Assembly: GCA_028704885.1 (NCBI GenBank)
Contig: JAQWEN010000001.1
Location: 523,107-587,106 of the forward strand
Direction of reading: 5' to 3'
DNA: 64,000 bases
DNA from: Candidatus Shapirobacteria bacterium
GTDB taxonomy: Bacteria; Patescibacteriota; Microgenomatia; UBA12405
Positions 1 to 9,695 of this stretch are shown piece by piece; the first letter of the stretch is position 1, and each line of letters opens with the position of its first letter. The notes beneath the pieces are model-generated. The model searched no databases, had not been told where the DNA came from, and saw only the letters and a list, made by a program, of their open reading frames with translations. Position numbers and translations under genes: made by a program.

Positions 1-2
1 TA

Positions 3-191
3 CCAGAAAACAAAACTATTAAAGGAGAAAAAAACTTCTTATATATGGTTCTAAACACAGTTAATTACGGTTATCGAGATAGGAAAGGAGAATGGCATCC
101 TTTTGTGGCTGAGCCTGGTGAAACTTTTTATGCTCCAGTAAAATCTGAAAATAACGAAAAAAGAGAAAAAATATTAAATCGAAAAAAGTGA
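3..191 (+). CDS. C-terminal end of an upstream gene; the 5' part lies outside the window. Function unknown
   Basis: Frame 3 is open from the window edge (...PENKTIKGEKNFLYMVLNTVNYGYRDRKGEWHPFVAEPGETFYAPVKSENNEKREKILNRKK*). Stop TGA at 189-191. Overlaps the uvrC 3' end by a few nt, as is typical here. Confidence 0.25.
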   Translation, partial: PENKTIKGEKNFLYMVLNTVNYGYRDRKGEWHPFVAEPGETFYAPVKSENNEKREKILNRKK

Positions 192-1421
192 TTTTTTGAT
201 TAGACTTTGGCGATAATTATTGGCAAAACGATGAGCTTCGTCTCGAAGTTGTTGAAGAAGTTGAAGAGAAGGCGAATTTTTAGGTAATTTAATTTCTTCC
301 CATGAATCCCCTGTTTTTATAACTATGATTTCTTCTCTTTTGGCTAATCCAATGACAGGAATATTGGTAATTGAGGTGGTAGATGAAACTTGAGGTTTAC
401 CACCATCAACTAAAATAAAATCTGGCAATGTCCATTCTGGGTGTTTAAGACGACGATAAACAATTTCTTTAATCATAAATTGATCGTCCTGAGTAACTTT
501 GGTATAAATCTTAAATTGACGATATTCATCTTTAGTAATTCTTCCTTGTTGAAAAACAACCATAGAACCAACAAAAAATTTAGGACCAAGATTGGAAATA
601 TCGTAGGCTTCAAAACGATTAATATTTTTTAATTTAGGAAAATAGGGAGCCAAAATGGTTTTTAAATCGCGAAGAGCTTTACTGATTTGATCTTCTTGTA
701 ATTCAACTTTTTGATAAAGATTACTCAAGTTTTTCCAGCCAGAAATAATGTAATTAAGAGAGCTAATTTGATCGCGACGAACTTTGGCCATTTCAAAATT
801 ATTTACTTTAGAAAAAATATTCATTTCTTTTTCTAATTTAAAAATTAATTTAGAAAAATTACCATTTAAAATATGTTTGATTCTAAGAACATTTTTTTTA
901 TATTCTTTTAGATCTGGTTCTAGGCCAGGACACAAACCAAGATGACAATAAAGACACTTTTTAGGCCCGTGAACAGACGAATAAAAAGGAAATATCGCTC
1001 GTATGGTTTTTAAAAGATTTCTGACGGCAGCACTGTCAGGAAAAGGACCATAAAAAAAACAATTTGGATTTAAGTTTGATTTAAAAGCTGGTTTAATTAA
1101 AGGAATTTTGTCTTTGGAGATGGTGATATAAATATAGCTTTTGTCGTCTTTTAATTGAGAATTAAATTTGGGACGATATTGTTTAATTAAACTGGATTCT
1201 AAAATTAAAGCTTCAATTTCTGAACCGACAATATAAAAATCAATTTTGGCAATTTGAGAAACTAATTGTTTGGTTTTATAGCCAAGAGCTTCATCACTTT
1301 TGAAATATTGAGAAACGCGTTTTTTTAAATTAATGGCCTTGCCAATATAAATAATTTTATTATCGGAATTTTTGTAAATATAAACGCCTGGTGATGAAGG
1401 AATTAATTTTAAATCGAGCAT
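174..1421 (-). CDS. uvrC: Excinuclease ABC subunit C (UvrC), compact form lacking the C-terminal (HhH)2 domain
   Basis: N-terminal GIY-YIG motif (GVYIYKN...IIYIGKAINLKKRVSQYF). C-terminal RNase H-like endonuclease motif (LRDEAHRFANNYRQ). 415 aa, versus about 600 aa in E. coli. Confidence 0.85.
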   Translation of the reverse strand: MLDLKLIPSSPGVYIYKNSDNKIIYIGKAINLKKRVSQYFKSDEALGYKTKQLVSQIAKIDFYIVGSEIEALILESSLIKQYRPKFNSQLKDDKSYIYITISKDKIPLIKPAFKSNLNPNCFFYGPFPDSAAVRNLLKTIRAIFPFYSSVHGPKKCLYCHLGLCPGLEPDLKEYKKNVLRIKHILNGNFSKLIFKLEKEMNIFSKVNNFEMAKVRRDQISSLNYIISGWKNLSNLYQKVELQEDQISKALRDLKTILAPYFPKLKNINRFEAYDISNLGPKFFVGSMVVFQQGRITKDEYRQFKIYTKVTQDDQFMIKEIVYRRLKHPEWTLPDFILVDGGKPQVSSTTSITNIPVIGLAKREEIIVIKTGDSWEEIKLPKNSPSLQLLQQLRDEAHRFANNYRQSLIKKSLFSI

Positions 1422-4078
1422 TTTTTCAAATATTGACCGGTATAACTTTTAGCAACATTCATAACATCTTGAACTGTACCAGTAGCGACAATTTCACCAC
1501 CTTTGTCTCCACCTTCAGGACCAAGATCGATAATCCAATCTGCATTTTTAATAACATCTAAATTATGTTCTATTAAAACGACTGTATTACCTTTATCAAC
1601 CAATTGACGTAAAACTTTAATTAATTTATCGACATCATAAAAATGAAGACCAGTGGTGGGTTCGTCGAGAATGTAGAGCATTTTGCCGTCAAATTGTTTA
1701 ACTAATTCACGGCTGATTTTAAGACGCTGAGATTCACCGCCAGAAAGAGTATTTGATGGTTGGCCTAATTCTAAATAACCAAGTCCGACATCTTGAATTG
1801 TTTTTAATTTGCGGCTTAATTTAGGTAAATTTTTGAAAAATTCTAGAGCTTCATCGACAGTCATTTTTAAAATTTCGGCAATATTTTTACCTTTATATTC
1901 AACCTCGAGAGTTTCATCTTTAAAACGAGAACCATGACATTCGTCGCAAGTGACATAAAGATCGGGCATAAATTGCATTTCAATTTTAATTTGACCTTGG
2001 CCTTCACAAACTGGACAACGACCATTTTTAACATTGAAAGAAAAACGATTTTTATCAAAACCGCGTAATTTGGCCTCAATAGTTTGAGCCATTAAAACTC
2101 GAATGTCATCAAAAATTTTAGTGTAGGTGGCTGGGTTACTGCGTGGAGTACGACCAACTGGAGATTGATCAACTAATAAAACATCAGAGATATTTTCACA
2201 ACCAGTAATTTTATCGAATTGACCAATGGTTCCATAATAAGCACCAAGAGTGGCTTTACGAACACCACCATACAAAGTGTCATGAATCAAAGTAGATTTA
2301 CCGGAACCAGAAACACCGGTGACACAAATTAATTTGTTGAGAGGAAAATCAACATTAATGTTTTTTAAATTCCATTGATGAGCATTAATAATAGAAATTT
2401 TTGGACTGGTTTTAATATTAACGGGGTTAATTTTAGATTCGATTTTTAATTTACCTGATAAATATTTACCGGTTAAAGATTTTGGATTATTTTTAATTTC
2501 TTCAAAAGTACCTTCGGCGACAATTTCACCACCAGCTTTACCGGCATATGTTCCAAAATCAACGATATGATCGGCATTTTTAATAACATCTTCATCATGT
2601 TCAACAATAACCACGGTGTTACCTAAATCTTTTAATTTTTTAAGAGTGCCGATGAGACGATCATTATCACGAGAATGAAGACCAATGGTTGGTTCATCAA
2701 GAATATACAAAACTCCGGTTAGACCAGTTCCAATTTGACTGGCTAAACGAATTCGCTGAGCTTCACCGCTAGAAAGCGTGCCGGCTTCACGGTCGAGACT
2801 TAAATAATCAAGACCGACGGCTAATAAAAACTCGAGACGAGAAGCTAGTTCTTTTTGAATAGGAATAACAATTTCTTTTTCTTTATCACTTTGCAATATC
2901 GATTCGAGATTATTAATCCAAGCGGATAATTTTTCGATAGGAAATTGGGTGACTTCATAAATTGTTTTTTCTAAGACAGTGATTGATAAAGCTTCAGGGC
3001 TAAGACGGGAACCATGACAAGATGGACACTCTTCTTTAATCATGAAATGTTCCAATTCTTCACGGACAACATCACTTTGAGAAGTGAGATAACGACTTTC
3101 GAGCATTTTAGCTTTCCACTCTGGAAATTGAGTGCGATCGATTTGAAATTTAGATCCTAAACCTTTACATTCAGGACAAGCACCTTCGGGAGAATTAAAA
3201 GAAAATAAACGTGGTTCAATTTCTGGAAGTGAAAGATTACAGATAGGACAGGCATAATCTTCAGAATAAAGAGTATCAGATATTTCTTTTGGTTGATCTG
3301 GAAATGTAAATCCGGGATCTTTAACTTCGGAAGCAATGACTAAACCGTTGGATAATTTCATGGCTTGCTCAACATCATCAATCAAACGATCATAAATGGC
3401 TTTTTCATTTTTAAGAGTGTCTTTACTAATAGAAGTACGATCAATAACAACATCAATGTTATGTTTGTTAGTTTTGGCAATACCAAAATCAGAGTAAAGA
3501 TCAACTAAATGATTGTCAATTCGAATAAATTTATATCCTTGTTTTCTTAAATTTTCAGTAAGTCCATGGAAATCCCCTTTTTTGTCGCGAATCACTGGAG
3601 CTAAAATTAAAAGTCGATAAATATTTAAACCATGAGCTTCAAGACGAGCAATATTTAAAATCTGGGTGACAATCTGTTTACTGGTTTGAGGTGAAACTTC
3701 ACGTCCACAATTTGGACAATGAGGATGACCAATGCGAGCAAATAATAGACGTAAATAATCGTAAATTTCAGTGACAGTGCCAACAGTTGATCGAGGATTA
3801 TGGGAAATAGCTTTTTGATTAATGGCAATTGCTGGAGATAGACCTTCGATTAAGTCAACTTCGGGACGTTTCATGTTGCCTAAAAATTGACGGGCATATG
3901 ACGAAAGAGATTCCATGTAGCGACGCTGACCCTCAGCAAAAAGGGTATCAAAAGCCATACTAGATTTGCCGGAGCCAGAAACACCAGTAAAGACAGTCAT
4001 TTTATTTTTGTCGAATTCGAAAGAAACATTTTTTAGATTGTTTTCTCGAGCTCCTTTTACAATTATTTTATCGATCAT
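1409..4078 (-). CDS. uvrA: Excinuclease ABC subunit A (UvrA)
   Basis: Two ABC ATPase modules (GVSGSGKSS... and GVSGSGKST...). Zn-finger Cys pairs, LSGGE signature. 889 aa. Confidence 0.95.
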   Translation of the reverse strand: MIDKIIVKGARENNLKNVSFEFDKNKMTVFTGVSGSGKSSMAFDTLFAEGQRRYMESLSSYARQFLGNMKRPEVDLIEGLSPAIAINQKAISHNPRSTVGTVTEIYDYLRLLFARIGHPHCPNCGREVSPQTSKQIVTQILNIARLEAHGLNIYRLLILAPVIRDKKGDFHGLTENLRKQGYKFIRIDNHLVDLYSDFGIAKTNKHNIDVVIDRTSISKDTLKNEKAIYDRLIDDVEQAMKLSNGLVIASEVKDPGFTFPDQPKEISDTLYSEDYACPICNLSLPEIEPRLFSFNSPEGACPECKGLGSKFQIDRTQFPEWKAKMLESRYLTSQSDVVREELEHFMIKEECPSCHGSRLSPEALSITVLEKTIYEVTQFPIEKLSAWINNLESILQSDKEKEIVIPIQKELASRLEFLLAVGLDYLSLDREAGTLSSGEAQRIRLASQIGTGLTGVLYILDEPTIGLHSRDNDRLIGTLKKLKDLGNTVVIVEHDEDVIKNADHIVDFGTYAGKAGGEIVAEGTFEEIKNNPKSLTGKYLSGKLKIESKINPVNIKTSPKISIINAHQWNLKNINVDFPLNKLICVTGVSGSGKSTLIHDTLYGGVRKATLGAYYGTIGQFDKITGCENISDVLLVDQSPVGRTPRSNPATYTKIFDDIRVLMAQTIEAKLRGFDKNRFSFNVKNGRCPVCEGQGQIKIEMQFMPDLYVTCDECHGSRFKDETLEVEYKGKNIAEILKMTVDEALEFFKNLPKLSRKLKTIQDVGLGYLELGQPSNTLSGGESQRLKISRELVKQFDGKMLYILDEPTTGLHFYDVDKLIKVLRQLVDKGNTVVLIEHNLDVIKNADWIIDLGPEGGDKGGEIVATGTVQDVMNVAKSYTGQYLKKCSI

Positions 4079-6069
4079 AAATTTTCTATGTTTTTAATTT
4101 TATCTCGGATACGAATTGCTTCTTCAAAATTTAAGTCAGCCGCAAAGGTACGCATTTGTTTCTTTAATTCTTTAATATGTTTAGTTCTTTGTGGTGGAGT
4201 GAGATCTAAAACGTCAACTTTATCAAGATCAGTTTTACCTTCGGACTGAATTAATTCTATTATTTGAGGACGGATAGATTTTACCACACTTTGGGGAATA
4301 ATGTGATTATCTTCATTATATTTTACTTGAATTTTACGTCGACGGTTAACTTCTTTAATAGCTCCATCCATGGCATCAGAAATTGAATCGGCATATAAAA
4401 TTACTTGACCATCAAGATGTCGGGACGCTCGACCCATAATTTGAATTAAGGCAGATTTAGAACGTAAAAATCCCTGTTGATCAGCATCAAGAATGGCAAC
4501 TAAACTAACTTCAGGAAGATCAAGACCTTCGCGCAAAAGATTAATACCGACTAAAACGTCATAATTTCCAGAACGTAAATCATCTAAAATTTTAGAACGT
4601 TCAAGAGTGACGATATCAGAATGAAGATAAGCAACTTTTAAATCGGTACCAGTTTTATTGGGATCAGATAAATAAGCTGATAAATCTTCCGCCATACGTT
4701 TGGTTAAAGTGGTGACTAAAACTCTCTCTTTATTAACGACTCGTTTTTTGATTTCTTCAATTAAGTCAGGAATCTGATTTTTACTAGATTTAACAGTAAT
4801 TTGAGGATCAATAAGACCAGTCGGACGAATAATTTGTTCAATAATATTATTTTTAGAATCATTAATCTCATATGGCGATGGAGTAGCGGAAAGATAAATA
4901 ATTTTAGAAACTCGAGAATTAAATTCATCAAAAGTTAAAGGTCGATTATCAAAAGCTGATGGAAGCCTAAAACCAAAATCAACTAAATTTTTCTTTCGAG
5001 CTTGGTCGCCAGCATGCATGCCGCCAATTTGAGGAATGGTGACATGAGATTCATCAATGATGGTTAAAAAATTGTCACCCCAAAGATGATGAAAATAATC
5101 AACAAGAGTATATGGTGGATCGCCGGGTTTGCGGTTTTTGTCAAAATAAATTGAATAGTTTTCAATACCGTTGATATAACCGGTTTCTTGAAGCATTTCT
5201 AAATCATATTCAACACGCTGTTGAATTCGATGAGCTTCTAAAATTTTATTTTGCTTTTTAAAAAGTTCGACTTGTTTAGCACAATCTTTTCTAATATTTT
5301 CAAAAACTTCTGGTAAATTTTTATCACCGCCAACATATTGTTTGGCTGGGAAAAGTTTAAAACTTTCCAATATTTGTTCTTGGGCAGTCAGCGGATGATG
5401 TTGAATAATTTTAATTAATTTTTCATCGTCAAATTCGAGAGATAAAAATGATTCTGTATAAGATGGCCAAATTTCAATATTTTCTCCTCTGACTCGAAAA
5501 GTGTTACGTTTAAATTCAAGTTCAGAACGAGTGTAAAAAAGAGAGATAAAAGATTCAAAAAGTTGACGACGTGGATAATTTTGACCTATTTTTAAGTCTA
5601 AAGCTTTGTTTTGAAATTCAGCCGGATCACCAATGTTGTAAATACAACTAACTGAAGCAATAACGATATTATCATTGCCTGACAAAAGATTAGACGAAGC
5701 TTCAAGACGAAGCCGATCAATCATGTCGTTAATTTGAACTTCTTTGGCAATATAAGTGTCGGAAGAAGGAATATAGGCTTCAGGTTGATAATAATCATAA
5801 TAAGAAACAAAATAGGAAACTTTATTGTTGGGAAAGAGTTCTTTAAATTCCTGATAAAGTTGACCGGCTAAAGTTTTGTTATGAGAAATTACCAAAGTTG
5901 GTAATTGAGTTTTTTGGATAACATTGGCAATGGTAAAAGTCTTACCAGATCCAGTAACACCCAGCAAGGTTTGGCGATTAATTCCATTGTTTAAATTAGT
6001 GACTAATTTATCAATGGCTTGGGGCTGATCGCCAGAGGGCTGAAATGATGAATTTAGTTCAAACGGCAC
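4075..6069 (-). CDS. uvrB: Excinuclease ABC subunit B (UvrB)
   Basis: Helicase motif I (GVTGSGKTFT). C-terminal UvrB/UvrC interaction helix (EEAIRIRDKI). 664 aa. Confidence 0.95.
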   Translation of the reverse strand: MPFELNSSFQPSGDQPQAIDKLVTNLNNGINRQTLLGVTGSGKTFTIANVIQKTQLPTLVISHNKTLAGQLYQEFKELFPNNKVSYFVSYYDYYQPEAYIPSSDTYIAKEVQINDMIDRLRLEASSNLLSGNDNIVIASVSCIYNIGDPAEFQNKALDLKIGQNYPRRQLFESFISLFYTRSELEFKRNTFRVRGENIEIWPSYTESFLSLEFDDEKLIKIIQHHPLTAQEQILESFKLFPAKQYVGGDKNLPEVFENIRKDCAKQVELFKKQNKILEAHRIQQRVEYDLEMLQETGYINGIENYSIYFDKNRKPGDPPYTLVDYFHHLWGDNFLTIIDESHVTIPQIGGMHAGDQARKKNLVDFGFRLPSAFDNRPLTFDEFNSRVSKIIYLSATPSPYEINDSKNNIIEQIIRPTGLIDPQITVKSSKNQIPDLIEEIKKRVVNKERVLVTTLTKRMAEDLSAYLSDPNKTGTDLKVAYLHSDIVTLERSKILDDLRSGNYDVLVGINLLREGLDLPEVSLVAILDADQQGFLRSKSALIQIMGRASRHLDGQVILYADSISDAMDGAIKEVNRRRKIQVKYNEDNHIIPQSVVKSIRPQIIELIQSEGKTDLDKVDVLDLTPPQRTKHIKELKKQMRTFAADLNFEEAIRIRDKIKNIENL

Positions 6070-6157
6070 AGTATATATTTTATCAAAGTTTTGGGTTTTA
6101 TTTGGTAAAAACTGACTTAGTTTGTTTTATTGAATAAAATTAAATTTAAAAATATAC

Positions 6158-6781
6158 TTGGCTTGTATGAAAACTGGACTTATTGAAGTAATTTACGGGC
6201 CAATGTTTTCCGGTAAAACCAGTGAATTAATTAGACAAATTGAAATGGCTATGATTTCTAAATCGGAAATAATAGCTTTTAAGCCAAAAATTGATGGTCG
6301 ATATAAAAAATATAAAATATGTACCAATAATGGGCGTTCTTTAAGATCGGTGGTAGTAAAAAATTCTTTAGAGATTATCGAAGTAATTAAAAAAACTAAA
6401 AAACCAATAACAAAAATATTTATCGATGAGGTTCAATTTTTTGATAAAAAAATTGTTGATGTAGTTACTTTTTTATCAAAAGATAAAGGTATTGGTGTAA
6501 CTGTAGCTGGCTTAGCTCAAGATTTTAGAGGAGAACCATTTGGTCAAATGCCAAATTTATTGGGAATGGCTCAAAAAGTTCAAAGTTTGACCGCTATCTG
6601 TGTTTATGAAAAAGAAAATGGCACTCTTTGCCAAAGACCAGCCTGTTTTACTCAAAGATTGATTAATGGGAAAGCAGCTTCTTATGACAGCCCAATTATT
6701 CTAGTTGACGGGGCTAATTCTTATACGGCAAGGTGCGAAAAACATTGGGAAGTTCCCAATAGGCCAGAAACTAAATTGTAA
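6158..6781 (+). CDS. tdk: Thymidine kinase
   Basis: P-loop (GPMFSGKTSELI) and C-terminal Zn-ribbon cysteines typical of type II TK. True start may be the Met at 6167. Confidence 0.9.
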   Translation: MACMKTGLIEVIYGPMFSGKTSELIRQIEMAMISKSEIIAFKPKIDGRYKKYKICTNNGRSLRSVVVKNSLEIIEVIKKTKKPITKIFIDEVQFFDKKIVDVVTFLSKDKGIGVTVAGLAQDFRGEPFGQMPNLLGMAQKVQSLTAICVYEKENGTLCQRPACFTQRLINGKAASYDSPIILVDGANSYTARCEKHWEVPNRPETKL

Positions 6782-6822
6782 TATTGTAAACAATAAATTA
6801 TACGTGTAATATTTTTGTAAAC

Positions 6823-8358
6823 ATGCTTACAAAAATATTGTCGATGGCAAATATTGGTTTAAAAACTGAAAATGTGGAAGTGGAAGTTAATGTGGCAGAT
6901 AAAGGTTTTCCTGGATTTGGAATTGTCGGTTTAGCCAGCAAAGCGGTGGAGGAAACAAAAGAGAGAGTAAAAACAGCGATTATTAATTCGGATATTGAAT
7001 TTCCAACAGCAAAAATTACAATTAATTTGGCGCCAGCTGACTTGGCAAAAGAAGGTTCTGGCTATGATTTACCGGTGGCAATCGGAATTATTTCTGCGAT
7101 TGGCGAATTAGTTTTACCAAAAGAAAAAGCTTATTTTTATGGAGAATTATCTTTGGATGGAAGTTTACGTCATACTAGAGGTGTATTTTTATTGGCACTT
7201 TTGGCAAAAGAAGAAGGTGTTAAAAATATTTTTGTACCAAGAATGAGTGCTAATGAGGCTAGTGTGGTTGAGGATATAAATGTTTATCCAGTTGATAATT
7301 TAAAAAGTCTGATTAGACATTTTAAAGGTGAAAAATTAATTGAAGCTTTAAAACCAGTAAATGTGACAGAAATTTTAAGCGACATAACTCCAGAATTCGA
7401 TTTTAGTGAAGTTTTAGGGCAACAACAGGCAAAAAGAGCTTTAGAAATTGCGGCAGCTGGCGGACATAATATTTTTATGATGGGACCTCCTGGATCGGGA
7501 AAAACAATGTTGGCTCGAGCAATGGCTGGCATTTTGCCAAACTTAACCGAAAAGGAAAGTTTAGAAGTGACTAAAATTTATTCCCTGACAGGAAATATTC
7601 CACCAGGCGGATCTTTGATTAGACAAAGACCTTTTAGAAGCCCACATCATACAACTTCACAAATTGGGTTGATTGGGGGCGGCAGTAATCCCCACCCCGG
7701 AGAAATATCTTTGGCTCACCGAGGGGTATTATTTTTAGATGAATTTCCTGAATTTGGGAGAAATTCACTTGAAGCTTTAAGACAACCATTGGAAGATGGT
7801 TATGTTTGCGTGTCGAGGGCAGCCGGCTCAGTAACTTTTCCAGCCCAATTTATGTTAGTGGCAGCGGCAAATCCTTGCCCGTGCGGCCATTTAGGTGATC
7901 CAAAAAAAGATTGTAAATGCAGCGGTTATCAAATTTTGAATTATCAAAAAAAATTGTCTGGGCCAATAATGGACAGAATTGATTTACATTTAACAGTGCC
8001 GGCAGTTGATGTAAATAATTTGATGATTGATAAAGAAAAAGTAAAAGGAGAAAGTTCGGTGGAAATTAAAAAACGAATAAATGAAGCTAGAAAAATTCAG
8101 AGTGAAAGATTCAAAAGTTTGGCTCATATTCACAGTAATTCGGATATGAAAAATAGCCATTTAAAAGAATTTGCTAAATTAAGTGATGAAGCAAATTTAC
8201 TGTTAAAACAGGCTGTTAATAAATTTGCATTGTCAGCTAGATCTTATTTTAGATTAATAAAAGTGGCTCGAACCATTGCTGATTTAGAAAAATCAGAAAT
8301 AATCAAAGAAGTTCATGTGGCGGAAGCGCTGCAATATCGTGTGAGGAATGATGGTTAG
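6823..8358 (+). CDS. comM: Mg-chelatase-like AAA+ ATPase ComM/YifB (competence protein ComM)
   Basis: N-terminal Lon-like domain. AAA+ Walker A (GPPGSGKT) and Walker B (LFLDEF). C-terminal ALQYR motif. Confidence 0.85.
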   Translation: MLTKILSMANIGLKTENVEVEVNVADKGFPGFGIVGLASKAVEETKERVKTAIINSDIEFPTAKITINLAPADLAKEGSGYDLPVAIGIISAIGELVLPKEKAYFYGELSLDGSLRHTRGVFLLALLAKEEGVKNIFVPRMSANEASVVEDINVYPVDNLKSLIRHFKGEKLIEALKPVNVTEILSDITPEFDFSEVLGQQQAKRALEIAAAGGHNIFMMGPPGSGKTMLARAMAGILPNLTEKESLEVTKIYSLTGNIPPGGSLIRQRPFRSPHHTTSQIGLIGGGSNPHPGEISLAHRGVLFLDEFPEFGRNSLEALRQPLEDGYVCVSRAAGSVTFPAQFMLVAAANPCPCGHLGDPKKDCKCSGYQILNYQKKLSGPIMDRIDLHLTVPAVDVNNLMIDKEKVKGESSVEIKKRINEARKIQSERFKSLAHIHSNSDMKNSHLKEFAKLSDEANLLLKQAVNKFALSARSYFRLIKVARTIADLEKSEIIKEVHVAEALQYRVRNDG

Positions 8359-8375
8359 CTTATAAGATTATCAGT

Positions 8376-8771
8376 TTGTCAGATTATCAGATAAAAATGT
8401 ATAAAAAAGAAAATTATAATAAGGGAAAAAACGGTGAGGAAATGGCTAAAAATTTTCTGCTAAAAAAGGGTTTTGAATTAATTGAAATGAATTATGAAAA
8501 TGTAATTGGTGAAATTGATTTGATTATGATAGATAAAGATTGGTTAGTATTTGTGGAAGTTAAATTAAAAGTTGGCGATAAATTTGGAAATCCTGAAGAA
8601 ATGATTAATAAAAGAAAATTATCACAAATTAAAAGAGTAGCCGAAAGTTATTTAGTTTTAGAAAATAAAATTGCTAAAAAATTTATGAAATATCGAATTG
8701 ATGCAGTGTGTATTGTATTAAATGAAGACCAGACAGTTAAAACCATTAATTATTATGACAATTTATATTAA
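8376..8771 (+). CDS. yraN: YraN-family (UPF0102) endonuclease
   Basis: About 130 aa. Motif GEEMAKNFLLKKGFELIEMNY...GEIDLI typical of the YraN/UPF0102 restriction-endonuclease-like fold. Confidence 0.7.
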   Translation: MSDYQIKMYKKENYNKGKNGEEMAKNFLLKKGFELIEMNYENVIGEIDLIMIDKDWLVFVEVKLKVGDKFGNPEEMINKRKLSQIKRVAESYLVLENKIAKKFMKYRIDAVCIVLNEDQTVKTINYYDNLY

Positions 8772-8816
8772 TTTCTTAAATTTTCGTTATAAATTTTTTT
8801 ATTTTTTAACAAAAAT

Positions 8817-9695
8817 ATGAACGAATGGAAAAAGTGGCCGATAAAAATAATTGAGAAAAAAGATTTTCCGAAAGGTCTTAAAAAAATTAGTGATTGTCCG
8901 GAAAAATTATATTATCGAGGAAATTGGAGTGATGAGATTTTTGAAAATACTTTAGCAATCGTAGGAAGCAGAGCTATGACAAGATATGGAAAAGAAATAA
9001 TTAGTAAATTTATGCCGGAATTAATAGTTCAAAAAATTACTATAATTTCAGGATTTATGTATGGAGTTGATAGTGAAGCCCATAGGGATTGTTTGGATTT
9101 GGGTGGAAAAACAATAGCCGTATTGGGAAGCGGATTAAATGAATTGTATCCATCACAAAATGACAAACTTTATAGTGAAATATTAGAAAAAAATGGATTA
9201 ATTATTTCAGAATATGAACCGGATTTTAAAGCAACGATCTGGAGTTTTCCTCAAAGAAACAGAATTGTATCGGCATTGTCGACTATTGGGGTGTTAATAG
9301 TTGAGGCTGGATTAAAATCGGGAAGTTTAATTACGGCAAAATTGGCTTTGAAACAAAAGAAAAGGATGTTTGCAGTTCCTGGTCAAATTGGATCTAAAAC
9401 AGCTGAAGGAACTAACTGGTTAATTCAAAGCGGTGGAGCCAAAATGGCAACAAGTGTTAATGATATTTTAGGAAATTCTATTCATTGCCCAGACCAACAA
9501 AATTTATTTAAAGATTATAGTAATTTAAGTGATTTAGAAAAACAAATTGTAGAAGTTTTAGAAAATGAAGAAGTAACAATTGATGAATTGTGTATGAAGA
9601 TTAGATCGCCGGTTAGTGAAATTTCGACAACAATTTCAATGATGTTGATGAGAGATTTAATAGTTCAAGAGAACGATAAAATATATTTGAGTTAA
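8817..9695 (+). CDS. dprA: DNA processing protein A (DprA/Smf)
   Basis: Rossmann-like DprA core (LAIVGSRAMTRYGKE..., GxDxxAH region GVDSEAH). C-terminal winged-helix-like tail. Confidence 0.85.
   Translation: MNEWKKWPIKIIEKKDFPKGLKKISDCPEKLYYRGNWSDEIFENTLAIVGSRAMTRYGKEIISKFMPELIVQKITIISGFMYGVDSEAHRDCLDLGGKTIAVLGSGLNELYPSQNDKLYSEILEKNGLIISEYEPDFKATIWSFPQRNRIVSALSTIGVLIVEAGLKSGSLITAKLALKQKKRMFAVPGQIGSKTAEGTNWLIQSGGAKMATSVNDILGNSIHCPDQQNLFKDYSNLSDLEKQIVEVLENEEVTIDELCMKIRSPVSEISTTISMMLMRDLIVQENDKIYLS

Noticed and set aside
441-632. Small antisense ORFs inside uvrC/uvrA (441-632 +, 1867-2079 -), comM (7284-7532 -), dus (25489-25678, 26064-26255), LCP/ksgA (29659-30254), GT2 (32492-33118), recA (61212-61681) and other genes
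   Set aside because: All lie fully within well-supported longer genes on the opposite strand or in another frame. They have low-complexity or AT-codon-biased translations and no RBS. They are shadow ORFs.
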